From assembly GCA_965240325.2 (NCBI GenBank), contig OZ251236.1, forward strand, positions 620,001 through 684,000: a DNA stretch of 64,000 nt, in the 5' to 3' direction. Origin of the DNA: Rebecca billardiae RCC1528 (lineage: Eukaryota; Protista; Haptophyta). Numbering within the stretch: position 1 is the stretch's first letter; each line of letters begins with the position of its first letter. The notes under the pieces are model-generated. The model saw nothing but the letters and a program-made list of their open reading frames with translations. It made no database searches and was not told the DNA's origin. Of this stretch, positions 21,119-32,800 are shown piece after piece. A program made the translations under genes and the position numbers.

Positions 21119-21715
21119 ATGTTTGCAGGGCTCGACGAGCGCTCTGACACGCGCACGGCGAGGCAGCTGCGCGAAGATGTTGGCCGGCTGGAGCGCGAGA
21201 AGGCTGAGCTCTGCACCAGGCTGGGGCTGAGCCAGTCTCGCGCCAAGGAGCTCAAGGAGGAGAACACCCAGCTCGCGCAGAACATGTGCGTGATGCTGAA
21301 GACGGTGAGGCAGGAGCTCAAGCGGAAGGAGCTGCAGCACGCGCAGCTGACTCCGAGTGCGAGAGCGGGCGGTGCGCGCGCGCACGGCAAGAGCGCAATG
21401 CGAACGCCATCAGCGCAGCGCCCATCGGATGTTAGGCGGCAGCCCCGGCTCGCCGCGGGGGACGCTGGGCGCGGGCCGCCGCAGCGCCCGTCAAATGCCG
21501 CCCAGCCGGCTCATCAACTCCCAGAGGATGCTCGTCGAGGGCTGCCAGTGGTGATGTCGGCGGCGCACACCGACCGGGGGCCGCACCGCCCGCCGAGTTA
21601 TGGGCGGCAGCCTCGACGTGACGACGCGGCGAACGTCGGACGGCGACCACCGCCAACCTCAGGGCGTGACCGTGATTACAACCGGGGTGATGAGCGCTCG
21701 GGCCCTCCGTGGTGA
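21119..21715 (+). CDS. FLASH/CASP8AP2 N-terminal-like coiled-coil protein
   Basis: MFAGLD (cf. FLASH IYAGLD) and ENTQLAQNMCVMLKTVRQELKRKE (cf. FLASH [24 protein letters not shown]), followed by an R/P/D-rich disordered tail. Start codon uncertain. Confidence 0.6.
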   Translation: MFAGLDERSDTRTARQLREDVGRLEREKAELCTRLGLSQSRAKELKEENTQLAQNMCVMLKTVRQELKRKELQHAQLTPSARAGGARAHGKSAMRTPSAQRPSDVRRQPRLAAGDAGRGPPQRPSNAAQPAHQLPEDARRGLPVVMSAAHTDRGPHRPPSYGRQPRRDDAANVGRRPPPTSGRDRDYNRGDERSGPPW

Positions 21716-22416
21716 CCGCCATCGGCCTGCGCGCGTGCCAACCGTGCGTCGCGACTTGCTGGCGAATTTCGTCCGTTTAGGCGGCGCCAGGCGCCACTGA
21801 CGGGCGCCGACGGTGTCCATCATGGTTACGACCGAACTCGGATGTTCTACCGCGGGCTGAATAAGTAGAGTCGTCTGATGACAATGGTCGAACAATATCG
21901 CGTAGTAGTATTGTGGTGAGTGTCGTGCCCGACGTCTGAGCGCATCGTCGAGGACTACAACGACGACATTATCTATTTGATATTGATCAAGCGCGCCGTG
22001 CTTCCCCGCGCATTGGCCGCGCAATTTGACCGCGCTCATCATGATCATCAAGACGATCGTCGCGGCGAAGGGCGCGAACGTGGACGATGTCGACAACAGC
22101 AAGGGACGGCGCACGCGCGAGACGAGTCGATTCACTCCTCATGACGACTGCGCCGGAGCCATCGCGGCCAACACAGCCAAGTATTGGACGTACGATTCTT
22201 GAGCAGGGCGCTTAGACGAGGTCGTCGCCAGGGCGGCTCAGCCTGTCACCGTAATAAAGTGCGTGGGTGTAGGTCACTAGGTAGCCACTCATAAGCCACG
22301 CTGCCAGCCGTCAGAGATTGAATTGCCCATGCCATTGCGGCCCTCGGCGGGGCGGTCGCCATGCTGCGCGGTGCGGCGGCCAACGCCATCCTGCCTGCCA
22401 AATCGTTGCCACCAAA

Positions 22417-22996
22417 CAGGGCTGCTGGGAGTTCGTGATCATGTGAGCGTGATATCACGGCGCGTGATCACGTGACGCGTGATCACGTGACGCGTCACGT
22501 AGTCGGCAATGGGTCCGTCACGTGACAGCAGTCCGGTAGTCATGGTGTGCACCCGGATAGCCCCCGGGCCCGAGGCCGGGGCACTCGGCGCGCGCCTGCG
22601 CGGGGGCGCGCCGACTCGCCGAGTCCTCGAGGCGAGCCAAGGCGGGTTCGCGGCCGCAGTGAGTGCGCGTGAGCTGGCCAAGTTGATGGCTCGGCAGGCG
22701 AGCCTCATGCAGGTCTTCAAAGACGGGGCTGCTGACCGCGACTAGTCGGAGTGCAGCTGCTGTCTTATCGCGCTCTTCATGAGTCACTCGTCAGTACTGA
22801 TAGTCCGTGTCGTAGAACTTTAGATTTCGTCATTATTCACTCCCAAATAGGCCCAAAAGTTTTCGTCGCCTCGGGCCGGCGGGGCCGGGGGGGGAGGCGT
22901 GGGCCGGACTCGTCACGTGATGTCACGTGATCACGCCTGTTGGGCAGCCGTGACGACACGTGATGATGGTCACTGTACGACGAATTCCCAGCCCTG
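22417..22996. mobile_element. Non-autonomous hAT-type element (MITE), 580 bp
   Basis: TIRs CAGGGCTG(CT)GGAGTTCGT and ACGAATTCCCAGCCCTG. Perfect 8-bp TSD CCACCAAA at 22409-22416 and 22997-23004. Subterminal TCACGTGA clusters at both ends. Confidence 0.9.
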
Positions 22997-23891
22997 CCAC
23001 CAAACCAACGGTATCCATATATATATATACAGCGCTGATCCTGGTGTTTGTCTCTGCTGCTCGATCTGCCGCTACAGCTTGCTGACTCTGACGCCTGCCC
23101 GTTGCATACCACGTCGTTAATATACAGTTTACTATATATATATATATCATATGTTTTAACGTGCACACTTGGTTAAGGCGTGATTGACTACGCCATCCAA
23201 CACTGCACACAGTAGGCGCCTAGGCGGTGGCCAAGGCGACCGTCCTTCACGATGTCGCCACCCGGCCGGGTACAGTACGCTCTGCGACGGCCCAACGCAA
23301 GCTCGCACGCGCTATCGCGCGCGCTGCGAGCAGCAGCGCGCACGCCTCGGGCGGGTCTATTGGCACACGCCGTGCGACGTGTGCACGACCTCTCCGCCGC
23401 GGTCAGGCCAGCTCGCACTCGGGCCGCGCGATCCTAACGCTGCTGTGGGTGCGGGGATGGCGCCGTGCCGTGCACGTGACACGCAAACCAACCGATGATG
23501 ATGCAGGGAGGGCAGATGAGCTGCATAATAAAAATCCGGTGCGCCCTTGAGTGGCGGGGTGCAGGCTCACAGGCCTGCGCATACGAGCGCGCAACTCGCG
23601 CGGCTCGCCTCGACGAGCCTGGTCAGGCGCCCACGACGAGTCATGCCCTGCTCGGCGGCCCCGCCCGGTCCCGGGGCCCTGACCGGAGTGACGAGTGACG
23701 GCGGACCATCTCGTCGGCCGCGTATAGTCTGTCGCTGATGAAGACATATCAGCATGCTGCTGGACTGCTGCTATAGTGCTACGCCATATGATCAGCATCG
23801 ATCGGCGACATAATACGCATCGTCGTCGCGCGCGTCGTCATCGTCATCGTCGTCGTCATACCGTCAAGGCCGGCGGATACCGGCCTACAGC

Positions 23892-26800
23892 TCACGACCT
23901 GCTGGCCGCGAGCCGCTCGGCGAGCAGCGTGCCCTGGCCGGCCAGGGGCTCGAGGAAGAGCAGCTTGAGCACGAGGCAGGCCGCCCAGACGAGCATCACC
24001 TGCTCGCGCCAGAGGGCGGGGTCGCGCAGCCGGCTGCCCAGCCGCTCGCCGACGATCGAGAGGCCGAGCAGCGCGACGATGAGCACGGCGGCGGCGGCGA
24101 GGTGGGCGGCCCACACGAGCTTGCGCTTCCACGCCTTGGGCTTGTTGGCCCACCAGTTGGCCTGCTGCAGCTGGCTGCGCGAGAGGCGCACGCGCTTCTG
24201 CACGCGCTGCTGCGTCAGCGGGCTGGTGGCCTCCTGCGACGCGTCGTACGCGGCCCCGGCGGCGCGGATGGCGATGTCCGGTGCGGCGATCACCTGCGCC
24301 TGCGTCACCGGCGTGTCCGACTCGAACGGCGGCCAGTACACGGCCGTGACCATCTTCGCGTACTTGCGCTTGCCGCCGCTCCCGTCGCCGTCGCCACGCA
24401 GCCGCGCGCCGTACGTCGTCTCGACCTCGGCGCGCAGCGCGGGCGCGGCGCGGTACACCGTCTCCACCTGCACGAAGCGCACGTCCGGCAGCTCGCCCTC
24501 GCCAAGCTCGATGTGCACCTCGCCGAGGTCCTCGTCAGCCCCGCGGGTCACCTGCGTGAACAGCTCCTGGATGATCGACGGCCGGTTGCGCATGGTCAAC
24601 TCGCGCTCCGCGCGCGCCTCGCGCGCAGCCGCGCCTGCCACGAAGAAGCCGACCATGTGCTCGTCGTGCATCGGGATGGAGACGAGCGCCTCCTCGGGCA
24701 GCTCGAGGCGCATCGTGCCGGGCGCCACCGAGCCGCGCCGCGGCGCCGAGTTGCCGCCGGCGCGCTCAGGCCGCACGCGCTCGCTCAGGTTGTCAGCGGT
24801 GACGTTTGCGAGGCTGAAGCTGCGCGTGAGCGAGTGCTTGAGGCCACCGGGGCCGTCCCGGCCCACGCGCGACATGCCCGTCGGGCGGACGTACAGGAGG
24901 CGCTGCCGGCCGCCCTGCGCGCGCGCGCTGTTGGCCGCGCCGCTTGCCGAGCTGTCCCTCGAGGGCGCGCGGTGCATGCCGCCGGCGGTGGCGCCTCCCG
25001 CCGCCTGCGGCACGTTGTGCGCGTACGTGCGCGTCGCACCGGTGCCGCCCTCGGCGGCATCCGCGCCCACCGGCTGGCGGAGCGCGCGCTGGCGCTCCTC
25101 CTCCGTGAGCGTCTCACCCCGGCGCGCGCGCAGCAGCCCGCTCCGCTTCGCCGCCCACACGCTCAGCTGCTTGAAGACGAACGTGGCGGGGAACGAGGCG
25201 CCGAGCCCGGCGAGCGCGGCAAGCCCCAGCCAGAGCAGCCGCGCGTCGACCGCCTGGCCGAGCACGAGCGAGATGGCGAGGATCTCGACGAGCGTCGAGT
25301 TGAACTGCGCCATCAGCCGCTGCGTCGCCGTCATCGGCTCGCCCGGCAGGCGCATGAGCCACGAGGTGACCATCGAACGCCGCAGCACGTTGATGAGCAC
25401 GCGCCACGCGATCGATGTGCGTGCGAGGTGCATCCACCCAGGCACGCGCGGCTCCGTGTCCACGCGCCGGTCCACGACGCGCGCGACCAAGTGCAGCCCG
25501 GCGTACAGCGCGACCAGGACGCACACCACGACCACGCCCCTGCGAGGCGGCGTGCGACGGCGAAGGGCGGCGGGCGGGCGGTGAGCGCGAGCTGAGGATG
25601 GGCGCACAGCGCTGCTGCGCCGCGCGTGCGCACTGGCGCGCACCAGTAGTTGGCGGCGAGCCGCTCGGCGAGGGCGCCAATGCCGCCCTGCTCTCCGGAG
25701 TCCGACTGGGTGCGAGCGGCCGTCGTCGACTCCTCGATCGGTGCGGACGGCGGCGGGCTCGAGACGATGGAGTTGATGCTCTCCTGCTGCGCGCCCGCGA
25801 GCTCGCTCTGCGACGCCTCCGCATCGAGGGAGCCGTCGGCCACGCCCGCAACCAGCTCCGTGCCGCGCTCCTGCGTGACGCGCGCCACCTCGCCGAGCAC
25901 AGCCGTGATGTCGGCCGCGCCACGGTTGCTCGAGATCGCCTGTGACAGCGCCGGGCGGCGTGGCGCGATGGGTGCTACGCGTCAGCGCGCGGGCGCGGCC
26001 TCGGGTGCGCCGGCACCGCGGAAGGGCGCCGCGCACGCGCGCGAGGGGCGCCGCGGCGCGCGCAGTCACCGTCTGGGCAGCGGCGGCGATACCGTCGAGC
26101 GCGGCCTTCATCACGGCGATCGCCGCGGCCGTGCGGTTGGTCGCGTTGCCCACGAGACTGGACGGGTCCACGGCCGCGCTCACGACCGTCTCGAGCGTGC
26201 TTTGCTCCTGCGTGACGCCGCGCGGCACGCGCGCGCGGGCAGCCGCGTGCGGCGGGTGAGAGCGAGCGCGGGCGCGCGCGGCGCCCACAGTCGCGCGCGG
26301 CGCGCGCACGGCCAGGCGCGGCGGGTGGCAGCGGGCGAGGCCGGCGCAGGCGCGCACCGAGAGCACCGATAGCAAGGGCAGGCTCGGCGCGCTGCTGTTC
26401 CCCGCACTGCCGCCGTCCTCGTCGACCGGCGGCGCGGTGTCGACCATCTCCCGCCCGCGCTCAGTGAGGATGGTCGCGAGCGCGCGCATCACGGCCTCGG
26501 CCTTCTCCTCGGCGTCCTCCTCCGCCCCGTCCTCCGGGGACGCGCTGGTGCGCGCGACTGCGCGGCCAATCTCCACGGCCTGCATCACGACCGACGCCGT
26601 CTGCGTGAGCGCGCTCACCGTCTTGATCGACAGCTCGCGCTGCTCCGCCGTCACGCCCGCGCCGTCCGACTGCGAGAGCGCGAGGAACGGGTCGTACTGG
26701 TAGACGGACGCCGTGCCGGTCAGCCCGCCCAGCCCGAGGGAGACGAGGAGGTCGCGCTCCGCGGTCGGGCTCGTGGGGGCGTTGGCGAGCAGCGTGGTGA

Positions 26801-29800
26801 GCGGCGTGAGCACCGTGGCCACGCCGCGCGTCTCGAAGGCCACGGTCGGCTGGAGGCCTGTCGTGATGTCCACGCAGCCGGGCGTGCCGATGCGCAGCTT
26901 GACGCGCATCGCACGCCGCTCCGCGTCAGACAGCCCCGCCAGAGTGTCCTCCGAGAAGGTGTAGTACCCGTTCTCCGCGCCGGTGATGTTGGACGGCTCC
27001 GTGGACGGGTCGTGCCGCCCGTCGTTGTCCAGGTCGAGGTACACGGTGCAGCCGCGGAAGTAGCCGTCAAAGGCGTGGCCGCACACGGGAGCCAGGCCGT
27101 CGGCGCAGGTGCGCTGGCCCGGAGCAGCGCACCCCGAGCCGGTGCAGCCGGCGGGCGGCGAGCTGGGCGGCGGCGGCGAGGGCGGCGGGCTCGGCGGCGG
27201 CGTTGGGGGTGGCGACGGCGGCGGGCTCGGCGGTGGGCTGGGCGGCGGGCTGGGCGGCGGCGGCGGCGGCGGGCTGGGCGGCGGGCTGGGCGGCGGGCGG
27301 GGCGGCGGGCTGGGCGGCGGCGGGCTGGGCGGCGGGCTGGGCGGCGGGCTGGGTGGTGGCGACGGCGGCGGCGACGGCGGCGGCGGGCTGGGTGGCGGGC
27401 TCGGCGGCGGGCTCGGCGGCGGGCTCGGCGGCGGTGAAGGCGGCGGGCTCGGCGGCGGGCTGGGCGGTGGCAATGGCGGCGGGCTGGGCGGCGGCGGGCT
27501 GGGTGGCGGGCTGGGCGGCGGGCTGGGTGGTGGCGACGGCGGCGGCGACGGCGGCGGCGGGCTGGGCGGCGGTGATGGCGGCGGGCTCGGTGGCGGTGAT
27601 GGCGGCGGGCTGGGCGGCGGCGATGGCGGTGGGCTCGGCGGCGGGCTGGGCGGCGGCGATGGCGGCGGCGATGGCGGCGGGCTCGGCGGCGGGCTGGGCG
27701 GCGGCGACGGTGGCGGTGAGGGCGGCGGGCTGGGCGGCGGGCTGGGCGGCGGTGAGGGCGGCGGGCTTGGCGGCGGGCTCGGCGGCGGGCTGGGCGGCGG
27801 GCTCGGCGGCGGGCTGGGCGGCGGGCTTGGCGGCGGGCTGGGCGGCGGGCTGGGCGGCGGGCTCGGCGGCGGGCTTGGCGGCGGGCTTGGCGGCGGCGAG
27901 GGCGGCGGGGACGGCGGTGGGCTCGGCGGCGGGCTTGGCGGCGGGCTGGGCGGCGGGCTGGGCGGTGGCGAGGGCGGCGGACTGGGTGGCGGGCTGGGCG
28001 GTGGGCTGGGCGGCGGGCTGGGCGGCGGCGACGGTGGCGGGCTGGGCGGCGGCGATGGCGGCGGGCTAGGAGGCGGCGACGGCGGCGGCGATGGCGGTGG
28101 GCTCGGCGGCGGGCTGGGTGGCGGCGAGGGCGGCGGCGAGGGCGGCGGGCTGGGAGGCGGCGAGGGCGGCGGTGATGGCGGCGGGCTCGGCGGCGGCGAC
28201 GGCGGCGGGCTCGGTGGCGGAGACGGCGGCGGGCTCGGCGGCGGCGACGGCGGAGGGCTCGGTGGCGGGCTGGGAGGCGGCGAGGGCGGCGGCGATGGCG
28301 GCGGGCTGGGAGGCGGCGATGGCGGCGGCGATGGCGGCGGGCTGGGAGGCGGCGAGGGCGGCGGTGATGGCGGCGGGCTCGGCGGCGGCGACGGCGGCGG
28401 GCTCGGTGGCGGGCTGGGCGGCGGCGAGGGCGGCGGCGACGGTGGCGGTGAGGGCGGCGGGCTGGGCGGCGGGCTGGGCGGCGGTGAGGGCGGCGGGCTT
28501 GGCGGCGGGCTCGGCGGCGGGCTGGGCGGCGGGCTCGGCGGCGGGCTGGGCGGCGGGCTTGGCGGCGGGCTGGGCGGCGGGCTGGGCGGCGGGCTCGGCG
28601 GCGGGCTTGGCGGCGGGCTTGGCGGCGGCGAGGGCGGCGGGGACGGCGGTGGGCTCGGCGGCGGGCTTGGCGGCGGGCTGGGCGGCGGGCTGGGCGGTGG
28701 CGAGGGCGGCGGACTGGGTGGCGGGCTGGGCGGTGGGCTGGGCGGCGGGCTGGGCGGCGGCGACGGTGGCGGGCTGGGCGGCGGCGATGGCGGCGGGCTA
28801 GGAGGCGGCGACGGCGGCGGCGATGGCGGTGGGCTCGGCGGCGGGCTGGGTGGCGGCGAGGGCGGCGGCGAGGGCGGCGGGCTGGGAGGCGGCGAGGGCG
28901 GCGGTGATGGCGGCGGGCTCGGCGGCGGCGACGGCGGCGGGCTCGGTGGCGGAGACGGCGGCGGGCTCGGCGGCGGCGACGGCGGAGGGCTCGGTGGCGG
29001 GCTGGGAGGCGGCGAGGGCGGCGGCGATGGCGGCGGGCTGGGAGGCGGCGAGGGCGGCGGCGATGGCGGCGGGCTGGGAGGCGGCGAGGGCGGCGGTGAT
29101 GGCGGCGGGCTCGGCGGCGGCGACGGCGGCGGGCTCGGTGGCGGGCTGGGTGGCGGCGAGGGCGGCGGCGATGGCGGCGGGCTGGGAGGCGGCGAGGGCG
29201 GCGGTGATGGCGGCGGGCTCGGCGGCGGCGACGGCGGCGGGCTCGGTGGCGGGCTGGGTGGCGGCGAGGGCGGCGGCGATGGCGGCGGGCTGGGAGGCGG
29301 CGAGGGCGGCGGCGAGGGCGGCGGGCTGGGAGGCGGCGAGGGCGGCGGTGATGGCGGCGGGCTCGGCGGCGGCGACGGCGGCGGGCTCGGTGGCGGAGAC
29401 GGCGGCGGGCTCGGCGGCGGAGACGGCGGCGGGCTCGGTGGCGGGGACGGCGGCGGGCTCGGCGGCGGCGACGGTGGCGGGCTCGGCGGCGGGCTGGGAG
29501 GCGGCGAGGGCGGCGGCGATGGCGGCGGGCTGGGAGGCGGCGAGGGCGGCGGCGATGGCGGCGGGCTCGGCGGCGGCGACGGCGGCGGGCTCGGTGGCGG
29601 CGGCGGCGGCGGGCTCGGCGGTGGCGACGGTGGCGGCGACGGTGGCGGAGAGGGCGGCGGAGAGGGCGGAGGTGAGGGCGGCGGGCTGGGTGGCGGGCTG
29701 GGCGGTGGGCTCGGCGGCGGTGACGGCGGCGGGCTGGGTGGTGGGCTGGGCGGCGGGCTGGGCGGTGGCGGTGGCGGTGGGCTCGGTGGCGGCGACGGTG

Positions 29801-32800
29801 GCGGGCTCGGCGGCGGCGATGGCGGTGGACTCGGCGGCGGGCTGGGCGGCGGTGGCGGCGGCGGCGAGGGTGGCGGCGGCGAGGGCGGCGGCGAGGGTGG
29901 CGGCGGCGGCGAGGGTGGCGGCGGCGGCGAGGGCGGCGGCGAGGGTGGCGGCGGCGGCGAGGGCGGCGGCAGTGGCGACGGGCACTCGGCAAGAGTGCTG
30001 AGGTCCGGGTCGAACTTGGTGTTGCTCGCGAAAGGCGTGAGCGCGCAGAAGTCGCCGCCGTCGTACTGACTGTGATGCAGTGAGGGGGGAGGGGGCGCGG
30101 GTCGGGCGGGGAACGCGTTGGTCATCGACCCTGCCAGCGCGTGGGGGCCGACGATGCTGCCACCGTGCAGCAGACTGCAAGGCTCCTGAGGTGGACACGC
30201 TACCTTGAGCAGGCGAGTAGTCTAGGTGGCAGGCAGAACGCAGCTGGCTGGCGTGCGGGGGCGCGCGTGCGCAGGCACACATACAATCCGAATCCGTTGT
30301 CGGACAAAGTGGTCAGCTGCAACACCTCTGTTGGCATGGCGCCGCCGAGCGAGTTGGAGGTGAGCCACCTGTCACGCGTGTGATGGGAGGAGCGTCGGGT
30401 GGCAGCGCGCATAACAATGCACGTCAGGTTCCAAGCGGTGTGCATACGCCACACGCGGGGGGCGGAGAGTGGTGCGATCTCTGGGGGCGGTTGGTGCTCG
30501 CTGCTGCGCGCACAGTTGCTGCATGTTCGGCATTGCGCCCACTTCCGAGGGGAGGCTGCCTGTGAGGGAGTTGGAGAAGAGAAACCTGTCACGCGTGTGG
30601 TGGGAGGAGCGCCGGGTGGCAGCACGCATAACAATGCAAGTCAGCTTCCAAGCGGTGTGCATGCGCCACACGCGGGGGGCGGAGAGTGGTGCGATCTCTG
30701 GGGGCGGTTGGTGCTCGCTGCTGCGCGCACATTCTATTCAAGCTCGCCATTGCGCCCACTTCCGACGGGAGGCTGCCTGTGAGCGAGTTGAAGTGGAAAT
30801 ACCTGTCACGCGTGTGGTGGGAGGAGCGCCGGGTGGCAGCACGCATAACAATGCAAGTCAGTCAGCTTCCAAGCGGTGCGCATGCGCCACACGCGCGCGC
30901 GCGCGCGCGCGCGCGCGGGGGGGGGGGGGGGGGGGGGGGGGGGGGCGATCTCTGGGGGCGGTTGGTGATCGCTGCTGCGCGCACAGCCACTGCAAGCTCG
31001 CCATTGCGCCCACTTCCGAGGGGAGGCTGCCTACTAGTGAGTTGGAGAAGAGAAACCTGTCACGCGTGTGGTGGGAGGAGCGTCGGGTGGCAGCGCGCAT
31101 AACAATGCACGTCAGCTTCCAAGCGGTGCGCATGCGCCACACGCGGGGTGGTGGTGGTGCGATCTCTGGGGGCGGTTGGTGCTCGCTGCTGCGCGCACAG
31201 CCGCCGCAAGCTCGTCAATGCGCCCACTTCCGAGGGGAGGCTCCCTACGAGAGCGTTTCTTTCGAACAACCTGTGACCAGGCAGCAGCACGAGGGGGGGA
31301 TGCCATCAGTCAAGGCAGAGGTGGCCAGATCCGCTGGTGGCGCGCAGGCGGCGTATGCCAGGCAGAGGAGCGCATCGTACATAAAGCGCACATTGACCAT
31401 GTAGCCGACCTCGGTGGGTATCGTGCCTGTCTTGCCAGCACCCCTGTACGCGCTGCGCTCGGTCGTATCGAAGCGGGCAGCGCGCAAAGCATGATGACGC
31501 GCAGGGCGGGCGAACGAGCGCAGGCGGTGTGTAAGCGCAACGACGCTGAGCGCGCACGTGCGCGAGCGCGCGCGCGCGGAGGGGAAGGGGTTGCTCTGCA
31601 GCGCGGTCACAGCCACGCACATGTCGCTAGCAATGCCATTGCACGCGAGCTCGTCGAATGTGCCCGAGTCAGGGAAGCACTGGGGGTAGTCTGTCAGCAT
31701 CGCATCGCGCAGGCTAGATGATGCGGCCGTCTCGACCTGGGCGATCAGCGCCCAGGAGATGAGCATCGTTTTCGCGAGCGGAACGTGGCTCGTGCGCGAA
31801 GTCCGCAGCCGAGAGAGGCCCGGCGAGGAGACACGTCGACCGGGGACCACGCGGTGGTAGAGGAACGTCAGCAAAAACCATGCGACGAGCATGCACAGGC
31901 AACCATCAATGACCAGCGCGTGCTGTGGTGAGACGGTCTTCTGCTCCATGGTCGCCGCGTCGGCCGGCGTGCCCGTGAGCGCGCGCGGCGGCGGCGCGTT
32001 GGTCTGGTGCTCCGTCATCAGCGTGTCGGCCGGCGTGCCCGTGAGCGCGCGCGGCGGCGGCGCGTTGGTCTTCTGCTCCATGGTCGCCGCGTCGGCCGGC
32101 GTGCCCGTGAGCGCGCGCGGCGGCGGCGCGTTGGTCTGGTGCTCCGTCATCAGCGTGTCGGCCGGCGTGCCCGTGAGCGCGCGCGGCGGCGGCGCGTTGG
32201 TCTGGTGCTGCTTGACCATCGCGTCGGCCGGCGTGCCCGTGAGCGTGCGCGGCGGCGGCGCGTTGGTCTGGTGCTCCGTCATCAGCGCGTCGGCCGGCAT
32301 GCCCGTGAGCGCGCGCGGCGGCGGCGCGTTGGTCTGGTGCTCCGTCATCAGCGCGTCGGCCGGCATGCCCGTGAGCGCGCGCGGCGGCGGCGCGTTGGTC
32401 TGGTGCTCCGTCATCAGCGTGTCGGCCGGCATGCCCGTGAGCGCGTGCGGCGGCGGCGCGTTGGTCGGGTGCTCCGTCATCAGCGCGTCGGCCGGCGTGC
32501 CCGTGAGCGCGTGCGGCGGCGGCGCGTTGGTCTCCTGCTGCTTGGTCGCCACGTCGGCCGGCATGCCCGTGAGCGCGCGCGGTGGCGGCGCGTTGGTCTT
32601 CTGCTGCTTGGTCACCACGTCGGCCGACATGCCCGTGAGCGCGCGCGGCGGCGGCGCGTTGGTCGGGTGCTCCGTCATAAGCGCGTCAGCCGACAAGCCC
32701 GTGAGCGCGCGCGGCGGCGGCGCGTTGGTCTGGTGCTCCGTCATCAGCGTGTCGGCCGGCATGCCCGTGAGCGCGTGCGGCGGCGGCGCGTTGGTCGGGT

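Noticed and set aside
26720-30282. Long Gly-rich, Arg/His-rich and Ala-rich ORFs (27109+, 26720-, 28798- and others)
   Set aside because: Alternative frames of the SPPP repeat; only the Pro frame splices in phase to the LRR exons and downstream domains.
30892-30945. (GC)n plus poly-G run as a functional G-quadruplex
   Set aside because: It is an expansion in only one of four otherwise near-identical introns; slippage or a sequencing artefact is more likely.
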